Shown here: positions 55,669 to 64,000 of the stretch, piece after piece
How the letters are laid out: the number at the start of each line of letters is the position of its first letter
Numbering within the stretch: the stretch's first letter is position 1
Virus record (IMG/VR): IMGVR_UViG_3300025327_000027
Span: 3,314-67,313 of that record
Length of the DNA stretch: 64,000 bases
Reading direction: 5' to 3' (one strand)
Source of the DNA: a virus
The notes under the pieces: generated by a model
The model's input: only the letters and a program-made list of their open reading frames with translations
Told to the model about the DNA's origin: nothing
Database searches by the model: none
Made by a program: the position numbers and the translations under genes

Positions 55669-58600
55669 TGAAAATAACCTCCTCTAACTTATTGATACAA
55701 TCAGTTGAATTTGCCATGTTCTTTGCTGTAAGATAACCTTTGATTGCAATGTTTTTTCTAAGTTCAACATCTTGAATTAGCTGATTGGTGAATTGAATAC
55801 TTGCGTTTATGTCTCCAATTTTTACAACGAAAGCATTCTCTCCATCCAAAACATATTCAGCACCGGTATCCATGAGAACACAAGCCGCCCCCCCGGTCAT
55901 GGCCTCTAGTGCCATACGTCCAAGTCCTTCATTTTGACTGCAACCTAACCAGATGTCTGTTTTAAAAAACAGATCACTTAATTCTTGTCGCGTAGGCGAC
56001 TGAACGTACTTCACACCAGGGATCTTGATTCTGACATCTTTCTGATCAATTTCACCCACACCGACAAGATCAATCTTGTCACCGTACTCTTTGCGAAGAG
56101 CTGCAAAGATGACTCCGGCCTCGTTTGATCCCTTGAGCGGATGGTGATGAATCAGCGTGCTGATCGTAATGGACTCGTTCTGGTGGATATCGTGGAAGCG
56201 CTTACGTTTGATGTTGCGCTTCATGATGTCGAAGTTGTAATGATACCAGCCGATGCGCGTCGCCTTGACTGGAAGATAGTTCCAAGTTCCCGGCTCTTCG
56301 CAGATGTCCGCAAGCCACTGGCTGCTTGTCACGATAGCATCCCACTTCTGGCATAGACCAATCTCTTCTAAGTCCTGGAACCGAGGATTGTGGCTGAGCT
56401 TCAGCATCACCTTCTTCTTGGCCTGAGGGCACTCGTTGACGAACGCAGGGTTGAGCGGGTTGTCTGAGTTGGAGATCAGAACATCGCACTGCGGGATTGA
56501 TTTCGCTGACTGGTTGAGTAGGATGATTGGAAGCTCGGTGTACTTGATTACGCTAGGATTCAGGTCAGAGTACACGGTAGCAATTACAACTTCGTGCCCT
56601 CGCTTGGCAAGTTCGTTACCCAGCGTGATGATCGTAGTAGGGCCACCGTGTTTGCGGAGGTGTGGTGTAACCATGCAGATTTTAAGCTTGCTGCTACCCT
56701 GGGGTCGTAGCTTTGAGAGCGCCTGATCGAATCGTCGAACGCTGTTTGCGCGGCTATGGCCCTCCAGGCACTTGGACTGAAACTGATTGATGCTCTTTCG
56801 AAGATCAGGGGCGATCAAGGCGTCAAAGATTATGGACGCGATCTGACCGACCGGAGTATCATTCGAAAGGATGGGATCGTTCTCCTTCGGCAACGCTGGT
56901 AGATATTCTCGGATACCTCGGTTGTTCCAACCGATGACCGGGACACCACAAGCGATGGCCTCAAGTGCAGGCATGCCGTACGAGTGGTTCGTCGATGGGT
57001 CGAGGAACACATCTGTCTCAGATGCCAGCAGTTGAGCAATGCGCGTACGCGCGAGATTTCCCTGGCAGATGATGCCGGGTATCATTCCCTGGATGTTGTC
57101 TACACCGTAGGCCAGGATGCGAATGTCCACACCCTTAGCTTTGGCAATGTTCTGGAGCGCGATGGCCACTTGGACGCCTCTTTGTGCGCCCTTAAATGGA
57201 TACGATCCATTGAGTGAAATCAATAATGTCGGACGCTCGTCACCGCTCTCGCGGGGTTTGCTGGGATAGAAGATCTCTCGATCGACTCCTGGACTGATTG
57301 TATCCAGGACATTCGCACCCTCAAGTTCCTTGGTGATCCAATTCGAATTGCTGATGATGTGCGGTAGCTTGAAAAAGTTGCCCTTGAGCTGGTCAGATTC
57401 AACTGGATCGTTCGTAAGGGCAGGTTCGTATGACTGTGCGTGGAGGACGCCAGTCAGGTTGGGGGCGTCCTTGCATACAGCGTCAACCAGCGGGGCCAAC
57501 TCAGCGGTGGCCGCAATGACAATACCATTGCTGAACACCTTTCGCTTGAACTCGTTAACGAAGTCATCATTGTCTCGGAAGACATAGTTGCCGCATCGTA
57601 ACTCTGCAATAGCGTCTACGACTTTGTATCCCGGACGGGGGATAAGCGCAACTCGGGCATCCCCACCGTTGTCATTGATGAAGTTCACAATGTCAGCGAT
57701 GTAGTGCATACCCCCGCAAGCTTCGACGCTGTGCGTCACGAAGCATACAGGCGCGCGAGTGATGCTGTTCTCCTTCAAGATGTCGTCGAGGACAAGCTTA
57801 TCTGTCTTCATCTTGCGAAGGGGGACAACCGACTTGTTGAGGTCGATAGACTTGTTCCAAACAGTCCAACTAGGCCAAGCTGCTCGAAATTTGGCAGATG
57901 CCGTCTTGCGGAAATTCATGTGCTGTTCATCGCCTAGACTTTCGTAGGAGGCACCGCGCTGATGGAAGACGTACGTGTCATCAGCCAAGACCGCGCGCCA
58001 CTGGTCAAATGTCTTACCGTTGCTGTAGCATATGGTGCGCATCCAAAGGTCTGTATTTGAAGTAGGAATTAGAGACTCACCAGCCAGAAATAAGTGATCA
58101 GGAGAATCAATCCCTAAACATCGCGTAGGAACAGTAGGGCAAGGTTTTATGGATACAATTTTATGATATTGTTGATTTTTCCCTAATTTACTAGGAAGAG
58201 TATTCAATTTTCTTTGAAGTCGAAACACAGGAAGGTCTTTGGAACATCTAAAGATTACCTTATAAATTTCTTTATGCCGTTTTTGTTTTTTTGGTGGCCC
58301 GTTATTGATTTGACATTTAATTCCAAGACTGCGAAGTAACCAAGCGACGCCTTCAATAAGGTTTAGATTTGTATTATCAAAACTACATTTGCCTGACTTG
58401 GAACAATGCCCATCTGTATCCATCAACCCCTGAAGTAGGGAGAGGCGTTGAGTATAAGAAGAATAAAGATAATCTTCTGGGATGTGCTTATTGTTAATAA
58501 GATTCAAAGAACGAAGATAAGGAACAAGACCTTTGATATTATGAGATTTGACGCACTTATGGTGCATTACTATAAACCCTGCTTTTTCTATATTCTCCCA

Positions 58601-60058
58601 AATTTCAGGATCAATTCCGGTTAATTGGCTGTTAGCTGAAGTTCCATCACCTAACCAAGCCCCTAAGGTATATGGATCTAATAGGAGAGGCTTTTCAGGA
58701 AATTCTAATGCTTTAGCTAATGGAATCCAGAACTTGTATTGATTTGATTGATTTTTACCTCTGCTGAACACGGTTCCCATATCGAACAATTCTTTAGTGC
58801 GGTATTTACCAGGAACATAATCAATCCCAGTTTTTCGTAGGTTATCTTGCTTATGCCGTGCTACCCATGACTGTGCTGTCCGTAAAACAACATTAAATTT
58901 CTCTGATAATTCTTTTGTTGTTAGACCTGAATCAATGGCGTCTGCTACTTGGTTATAAACTAACCAAGATACCCGATGAGGTTTACTGTTATTTTTATTG
59001 TTAACATAATTTTGAGATTCAACATACCAACTATGCCCTTCACTAGCAATAATTTTTTCGCCTGTATCGAATTCCAACTTGTAACAAGGTTTATACATGA
59101 TGTCTGTCAATTTTACAACATTATGTAATTTCCCGTCTAGACCATAAATTTTGTCTTCGGTGGTAATATCGCCAAGTTGTTTCCACCCGTTTCCCGTGTA
59201 AATTCGCGTAGTTACGTGGATCATTTCCTCTGCAAAGTTCTGATAGGACTCATCCAAATAACCAATCGAGTGAAGTAGGTTATTAGAGAACAGAAAGCAA
59301 AAACCTGTTGGCATGATCTCTGGGTACGTGCGACCAGTCGTTGCTTCCAATAGAGTGTTCATGTTTTTATATGTGAAGCCAGCATGCATACCGACGTTGA
59401 TGACGGCTGTGTTATTTGTCACAGGGTTGACGATCTTGTTCTTGGGGTCCGCCTTCAGGGCGGCAACCATCTTGCTCAACCAGTACGGTGTCACCAATAC
59501 ATCGGAGTTCAACAGGCAGGTGTAGGAAAAACTTGTCTCATTGTGCTTGATGCCTCGATTAACCGTAGCCGAGAACCCACGATTCTTTCGATTAGTCAGC
59601 AGTGTAAGCTTGTCAGGATACTTAGCTGCGAAAGCTACAAGCTCAGCATTAGTTGTCTTATCGCTGGCATCATCCACGATCGTCATGTGATAAGGCCAAA
59701 AGGTGCAATCAAGAACCTTCTGGATGCATTCCTTGACAAGGTGGATAGAATTGTAAACCGGGATCACTATGTTGACGCGCTCTTTGTCGTCGATAGATTC
59801 GACAACCTTCTGCATCGCCTTGTAGTAGCTGCGGTTTACGGTGGTAAGCTTGTCCATGTTGAGATAGGTGCTGTCCACCAGGTCGGCCGGGAACTCCTCA
59901 GCTTCGGACGGTTGTTCTGCACGACGATCGAAGATAGCCTGTTCCAGGATGGGCTTCAATACGTCTGGATTCAACTCTGTTAATAAGAATCGATCCCTGA
60001 TGAATTCCTCTACCTGCTTCGGGTCGGGGGGTTGCCATTCTTTACCCCTGAAGGCCAT
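55658..60058 (-). CDS. Tri-domain glycosyltransferase (GT2 + GT4 + GT4) containing an intein
   Basis: IPVYN, VDDAS, NRGF, LNSD, EE|TD; YGMPALEAIACG; EGLGRMALEAMTGG. Confidence 0.88.
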   Translation of the reverse strand: MAFRGKEWQPPDPKQVEEFIRDRFLLTELNPDVLKPILEQAIFDRRAEQPSEAEEFPADLVDSTYLNMDKLTTVNRSYYKAMQKVVESIDDKERVNIVIPVYNSIHLVKECIQKVLDCTFWPYHMTIVDDASDKTTNAELVAFAAKYPDKLTLLTNRKNRGFSATVNRGIKHNETSFSYTCLLNSDVLVTPYWLSKMVAALKADPKNKIVNPVTNNTAVINVGMHAGFTYKNMNTLLEATTGRTYPEIMPTGFCFLFSNNLLHSIGYLDESYQNFAEEMIHVTTRIYTGNGWKQLGDITTEDKIYGLDGKLHNVVKLTDIMYKPCYKLEFDTGEKIIASEGHSWYVESQNYVNNKNNSKPHRVSWLVYNQVADAIDSGLTTKELSEKFNVVLRTAQSWVARHKQDNLRKTGIDYVPGKYRTKELFDMGTVFSRGKNQSNQYKFWIPLAKALEFPEKPLLLDPYTLGAWLGDGTSANSQLTGIDPEIWENIEKAGFIVMHHKCVKSHNIKGLVPYLRSLNLINNKHIPEDYLYSSYTQRLSLLQGLMDTDGHCSKSGKCSFDNTNLNLIEGVAWLLRSLGIKCQINNGPPKKQKRHKEIYKVIFRCSKDLPVFRLQRKLNTLPSKLGKNQQYHKIVSIKPCPTVPTRCLGIDSPDHLFLAGESLIPTSNTDLWMRTICYSNGKTFDQWRAVLADDTYVFHQRGASYESLGDEQHMNFRKTASAKFRAAWPSWTVWNKSIDLNKSVVPLRKMKTDKLVLDDILKENSITRAPVCFVTHSVEACGGMHYIADIVNFINDNGGDARVALIPRPGYKVVDAIAELRCGNYVFRDNDDFVNEFKRKVFSNGIVIAATAELAPLVDAVCKDAPNLTGVLHAQSYEPALTNDPVESDQLKGNFFKLPHIISNSNWITKELEGANVLDTISPGVDREIFYPSKPRESGDERPTLLISLNGSYPFKGAQRGVQVAIALQNIAKAKGVDIRILAYGVDNIQGMIPGIICQGNLARTRIAQLLASETDVFLDPSTNHSYGMPALEAIACGVPVIGWNNRGIREYLPALPKENDPILSNDTPVGQIASIIFDALIAPDLRKSINQFQSKCLEGHSRANSVRRFDQALSKLRPQGSSKLKICMVTPHLRKHGGPTTIITLGNELAKRGHEVVIATVYSDLNPSVIKYTELPIILLNQSAKSIPQCDVLISNSDNPLNPAFVNECPQAKKKVMLKLSHNPRFQDLEEIGLCQKWDAIVTSSQWLADICEEPGTWNYLPVKATRIGWYHYNFDIMKRNIKRKRFHDIHQNESITISTLIHHHPLKGSNEAGVIFAALRKEYGDKIDLVGVGEIDQKDVRIKIPGVKYVQSPTRQELSDLFFKTDIWLGCSQNEGLGRMALEAMTGGAACVLMDTGAEYVLDGENAFVVKIGDINASIQFTNQLIQDVELRKNIAIKGYLTAKNMANSTDCINKLEEVIFSVL
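58055..59224 (-). mobile_element. Class-3 LAGLIDADG intein (390 aa), Met1, ending Ser-Asn before Thr
   Basis: E|MIHVTTRIYT, GHSW, GAWLGDG, GLMDTDG, TRCL, IPTSN|T. Confidence 0.85.
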
Positions 60059-60425
60059 ACCGCTCTTTTAGTATCTTGATCTCATGATTGATGTACCAAA
60101 CTGCCTTCTCTAGATCCTGAATTTCCTTCGCCTCACGCGACATGCCGTCTTCTTTGTCGCCAGCACGGCAGACGTACTTGACTGCATTGCCGCGATCGAA
60201 GTTAAGACGCTGGTCTGCAATGAAGTCGGATACCTCGATCTTACCCTTGTTGTAGTGGCGAGGGCGATTAACTGAATCGTACGTGATTACGCCTAAAGGC
60301 GCAACGACGCCATCGCCTGTCAGCACATCTCGATATACATCCGGTACTGGGACGTGGCGTTCATGTGGCGTGCATGCTCCACAGCACTTACCCTTGTCCG
60401 AGTCCATTTCATCGTCAAAACTCAT
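60042..60425 (-). CDS. DUF3310-family protein
   Basis: VNRPRHY, GNAVKY..RAG.K, DLEKAVWY. Confidence 0.85.
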   Translation of the reverse strand: MSFDDEMDSDKGKCCGACTPHERHVPVPDVYRDVLTGDGVVAPLGVITYDSVNRPRHYNKGKIEVSDFIADQRLNFDRGNAVKYVCRAGDKEDGMSREAKEIQDLEKAVWYINHEIKILKERYGLQG

Positions 60426-60850
60426 ACAACGAGATCCTTTAAGTCCGGTGGTTGGTATGTATCAGGTTTCAGCACCTTACCGTCATCCCGGTAACGGGGT
60501 TTGCCGTCTTCCCATAGCTTGCTCATGTTTGAGGCATGAACGCGCTCGCCTGCTTCTTCAAAGTCCCATTCAAAAACATCGGCTGTACCTGCTACTACGT
60601 AGTCCAGGTCAGCCAGTTCCTTCAGTAAATGCTCATGATCCAATTCAGCGAACGGTCGCATTTGAACGATCTCGTATCTACCGGTAGCAGGGTCGATCGG
60701 GCGCACTACGCATTCCGCTGCTTCCAAGACCTCAATGTACTCCTCCGTAATCAGACGAATACGGTCACGCAGGATCTCGTCTGAAGTTTTGTCTGCTTGA
60801 GGAATGCCGAATGTTTTGTGGAACATTTTGACTCTATTTACTGTGTGCAT
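60422..60850 (-). CDS. MazG-like / PRA-PH nucleotide pyrophosphohydrolase
   Basis: EExxE, KELADLDYV, VHASNMSK, GKVLK. Confidence 0.85.
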   Translation of the reverse strand: MHTVNRVKMFHKTFGIPQADKTSDEILRDRIRLITEEYIEVLEAAECVVRPIDPATGRYEIVQMRPFAELDHEHLLKELADLDYVVAGTADVFEWDFEEAGERVHASNMSKLWEDGKPRYRDDGKVLKPDTYQPPDLKDLVV

Positions 60851-60868
60851 GGCCTATTATACCCCTTA
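60851..60868 (-). promoter_or_regulatory. Promoter motif, probably leaderless
   Basis: AGGGG-TATAAT followed 5 nt later by ATG 60850. Confidence 0.55.
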
Positions 60869-63025
60869 CGGGCGCGGGTTGCTTTCTGCATTGTAGTTCT
60901 GCGTTACCTGGATGAACTCTGCCTTGCGCTGTAGCTCAGGGATAGTTCGTGCTCCACCGTAAGTCATACCACTGCGTATGCCAGCCAGAAGATTACTGAT
61001 GGCATCGATCGCCGTGCCGGATACAGGAGCCCAGAAAGCTTCACCCTCCGGAACTGTGCCCCCCTTAGTGCCTCCAAAATATTCTTCCTGAAAGTCCGCG
61101 CTTGCTTGGCCCCGGTATTTTGCTTCAACTTGCGCATAGGGTGCGCCTGTTTGATCCACCATTGGCATGTAGGTCTGTGTTCGTTTAAGGGCAGCGCTCT
61201 CATTAGTTAGCGCTAGCAGCTTCCCGATCATCACCGAATCAGCGCCGGCTGCCAGGGCCTTCACGATGTCCGCCGATCCTCGGATGCCGCCGTCTGCAAT
61301 GATGGGTACAAAGAGCTTTTTCTTGACGGCAGCAATCTCTTGGATAGCTGTAAATTGTGGGACTCCAAATCCAGTAACCATTCGAGTTGTACAAGCGGAA
61401 TTATGGACAATAATATTATTAGCAATAAAACTATGAGTTGAACAATCTACTTCAATATCATATACATCTTGTTCTTTATCTAGATCTTCATACTGCAATA
61501 ATTTTATAATTTGAAAATCAGTAATTTTTCTATTATGGGGATTTAATAATTGCCTAGAAACGTAGGAGATGTTACAATTTTTAATATCACAGTTTTTAAG
61601 CCCCCCAGAAGAAGGTAATCGTGTTTCAATATTAGGTATATGTCCATTTAGAATAACAGATAAAACGTTAAATAATTCAATAAGTTTGATAGATGTGTTA
61701 CTAAACGATATTCGTTTATTAGGAGAAATAGACCCATCAGAATCAATTAATCCGTCTTGTAGTCCTTGTAAATATTTTTCATTTTCAATGAAAAATTGTT
61801 CCGGTAATGCCTTATTGCTTCTTTTTCCGAACATTAAAAGAAAATCGGCTAAAGGTTTGTAATAAAAACAAATTCTAATTGTGTTATCTTTATATTGTTT
61901 TTTGGCTTTTTTATTGAATATTTTATAGATAGCGTTTAGTAGTTTATCAGCTATTTCTTCTTCATTTTTACCGAATGCCCAACTGGCACTTCCCTGAGAA
62001 GTTGCATTGCCGTCCCCAAGGAACGTCCCAAATAAATACCCTAATTCATAAGTTGGATATAAACAATAATCTTCAGAATACTTTGCTCCGGTTCTCCAAT
62101 TCCCCCCAGTCCTCTTCATTAAAGGAATAGAAAAAGTTTTAGGTAAATCAAAATTAATTTTACTAGGAAATAATAAACATCCTTGTTTTAAATTTTGTAT
62201 TTCCATCCATTTAATTTTATTTTGTTTTGGTATTGTTTTACTTTGTTTTAATAGTAAATTTTTATATCCGCACTCGCCGATAGATTTAACATTTGATGAA
62301 GATAAATCTCCTACTAGAAAATTGTGATCAGGTGTTGCAATAATTTCAAACCCTGCATTTGTTTTTATTTTGGATATTTTCCTTATTCCCGTTTTCCAGG
62401 CTCTTTTAACTTTCACAGACTTGCCGTCTTTATTAATAAGAAAATCTCCAAATTTAATATCTTCGATATTTTTATAGAAACCATTAGCCATTAGAATTCT
62501 AGTGCCCGCTCCAAAACAACCCGGACCGATGCCAATTTTAACACAATTAGCACCGGCAGATACGAGATCACGATACCCATCAACAGTACAAACATTACCG
62601 GCAATGACCTCCACATCGGGGAACTCCTGTCTAATTTTATTGATTGCCTTCAGCATGCGCGAGTCGTGACCGTGCGCAATATCTAAGCAGATGCCAAGAA
62701 CGTTTGTGTTTTCAAGAAGCTTCAAGGACTCTGATAAGTCCGCATCCCGGATGCCACTAGAGATGAAACTGTCGGGAAAACTCTTCGCCCATTCAAAGCG
62801 AACACTATATTCCGCGAATCTATGGAAGATCGGAACCGATCCGGCGTCCCGCATTACCTGCGCAAGCTTAGGGGAGATCACTGAATCCATGTTGCTAGCT
62901 ATGATGGGAATGTTTATTGGCACCATGGTTGTTAACATGGTCTTCAAATCCGGTACCGTTCGCGATTCAACATTGTTGAAGACCGGCACTAAGGCTACAT
63001 CGTCGAAAGTTAATCCTTGCTTCAT
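60866..63025 (-). CDS. IMP dehydrogenase / GMP reductase family enzyme (no CBS domains) containing an intein
   Basis: LTFDDV, MDSV, DIAHGH, AGNV, GIGPG|SACTTR, ADGGI, VPEG. Confidence 0.9.
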   Translation of the reverse strand: MKQGLTFDDVALVPVFNNVESRTVPDLKTMLTTMVPINIPIIASNMDSVISPKLAQVMRDAGSVPIFHRFAEYSVRFEWAKSFPDSFISSGIRDADLSESLKLLENTNVLGICLDIAHGHDSRMLKAINKIRQEFPDVEVIAGNVCTVDGYRDLVSAGANCVKIGIGPGCFGAGTRILMANGFYKNIEDIKFGDFLINKDGKSVKVKRAWKTGIRKISKIKTNAGFEIIATPDHNFLVGDLSSSNVKSIGECGYKNLLLKQSKTIPKQNKIKWMEIQNLKQGCLLFPSKINFDLPKTFSIPLMKRTGGNWRTGAKYSEDYCLYPTYELGYLFGTFLGDGNATSQGSASWAFGKNEEEIADKLLNAIYKIFNKKAKKQYKDNTIRICFYYKPLADFLLMFGKRSNKALPEQFFIENEKYLQGLQDGLIDSDGSISPNKRISFSNTSIKLIELFNVLSVILNGHIPNIETRLPSSGGLKNCDIKNCNISYVSRQLLNPHNRKITDFQIIKLLQYEDLDKEQDVYDIEVDCSTHSFIANNIIVHNSACTTRMVTGFGVPQFTAIQEIAAVKKKLFVPIIADGGIRGSADIVKALAAGADSVMIGKLLALTNESAALKRTQTYMPMVDQTGAPYAQVEAKYRGQASADFQEEYFGGTKGGTVPEGEAFWAPVSGTAIDAISNLLAGIRSGMTYGGARTIPELQRKAEFIQVTQNYNAESNPRP
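61400..62518 (-). mobile_element. LAGLIDADG intein (373 aa) in the catalytic loop
   Basis: G|[37 protein letters not shown]|S. Confidence 0.93.
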
Positions 63026-63456
63026 ACTTCTCTTACTACCACTAATGCTTCTGCAAAGAAAGATCTAGATTTGACAAAAGCTGCCTGCCATCTTTCTACG
63101 TCGTTCTTCGGAGCAACCACTTTTTTGATGCCAGATTGGATTATATGCACAGCACACCTATCACAAGGAAGAAAAGGCCAGATATATAGGGTGTAACCCT
63201 TCATGTCTTCTTTACAATGAAGAATAGCGTTCATTTCACAGTGAATTATTCTAGACAACTTGATTTCTCGATCAGCATACAACTTTTCGTGGTCGTTCAT
63301 TCTTCTAGGAAAACCATTAAACCCAAGGCTGGCGACGGTGTTGTCGGGGCGAACAATTAGCGCTCCCGTTTGTGTGCTCGGGTCCTTAGATGCTGTAGCA
63401 ACATATTTTGCCATACCAAGAAACCAGTCGTCCCACCACTCATTCCCACGTTGCAT
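63022..63456 (-). CDS. dCMP deaminase
   Basis: SKDPSTQxGA, GFNG, HCEMNAI, PCxxC. Confidence 0.9.
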   Translation of the reverse strand: MQRGNEWWDDWFLGMAKYVATASKDPSTQTGALIVRPDNTVASLGFNGFPRRMNDHEKLYADREIKLSRIIHCEMNAILHCKEDMKGYTLYIWPFLPCDRCAVHIIQSGIKKVVAPKNDVERWQAAFVKSRSFFAEALVVVREV

Positions 63457-63560
63457 GCTTCAACCTTTGTAATTTTGTGGCCAATCTTTTGCGTTCTTCT
63501 TTTAATTCAATAGAATTCTGGTGGTGGTAACTCTGGCACCGGTGTACTATGCAAAAATCA

Positions 63561-64000
63561 TCAAGTTTCATTGTTGAACAATTCAGGATATTCACTCTTC
63601 AATATTGACGTAATCTGCGGGAATACACCGGTAAACACTTGGAAGCATTGCGATGCAATTTGTCTATGCTCTAGTTGCGTCGATTTGTCTAGTCGCACTA
63701 AAAAGTAGGTTATCCAACTACGTGCGCTACCGCACATGTAAAGCTTTGTCTTGGTACTCAATGGGAGCAAGAACCGTGCCTGCTCCTTAGCGATGCCATT
63801 CTCTAATGCCGTCTTGTAGCGTTGCATGGCCTCAGCATTATTGATACCCTGGATTCGCTGGAACCAATCCTTGACAGGTTGCGTTAGGTCATCAATACTG
63901 TTTTGGCGATTTTTGTCATCCCGTCTGCGGGCAGGATAGGTAATAACCCCAGTTGCTTCGGCGTACCTTGTACTCCACTCTTGAAACGAAAAACTCCTGT
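63561..64000 (-). CDS. thyX: Flavin-dependent thymidylate synthase (5' end beyond the window)
   Basis: RSFSFQEWSTRY, EQARFLLP, TQLEHR. Confidence 0.9.
   Translation of the reverse strand, partial: RSFSFQEWSTRYAEATGVITYPARRRDDKNRQNSIDDLTQPVKDWFQRIQGINNAEAMQRYKTALENGIAKEQARFLLPLSTKTKLYMCGSARSWITYFLVRLDKSTQLEHRQIASQCFQVFTGVFPQITSILKSEYPELFNNET

Noticed and set aside
3660-63472. Numerous antisense or alternate-frame ORFs in the track (e.g. 3660-4256, 47285-47932, 59384-59983)
   Set aside because: Shadows of well-supported genes on the opposite strand or frame, with no motifs or RBS.
1-64000. Genome-wide amber recoding
   Set aside because: Long genes are open under code 11 and TAG ends several genes normally; only one internal TAG was found.

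Overview
A 64-kb segment of a large tailed dsDNA phage with podovirus-like gene order and standard genetic code. From left to right it holds: a non-coding repeat region; two SAM methyltransferases; a goose-type lysozyme with a holin-like partner; a terminase with an apparent TerS-TerL fusion; a short leftward operon ending in a tyrosine recombinase; a fibre/tailspike; the portal; a head-fibre cassette and many small basic proteins; scaffold and major capsid protein; tRNAs (Asn, Thr, degenerate Ser); decoration proteins; adaptor, nozzle and three FN3-type tail proteins; and three ejection-type proteins. A convergent leftward block follows, with four glycosyltransferase genes, DUF3310, a MazG-like pyrophosphatase, an IMPDH/GMP-reductase-family enzyme, dCMP deaminase and a partial thyX. 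About a fifth of the window is selfish DNA: five AT-rich LAGLIDADG inteins (terminase, portal, ejection protein, glycosyltransferase, IMPDH/GMPR), about a dozen free-standing HNH, EndoVII or GIY-YIG genes in various states of decay, and an IsrB-omegaRNA (OMEGA) element whose guide and ATGA TAM can be read from its flanks. Best leads: a candidate virion-glycosylation system interrupted by an atypical Met1 class-3 intein, the IsrB element, a metallophosphoesterase whose metal ligands are systematically replaced, and in-frame stops inside two tail genes. All calls come from motif recognition by eye; no database searches were run.
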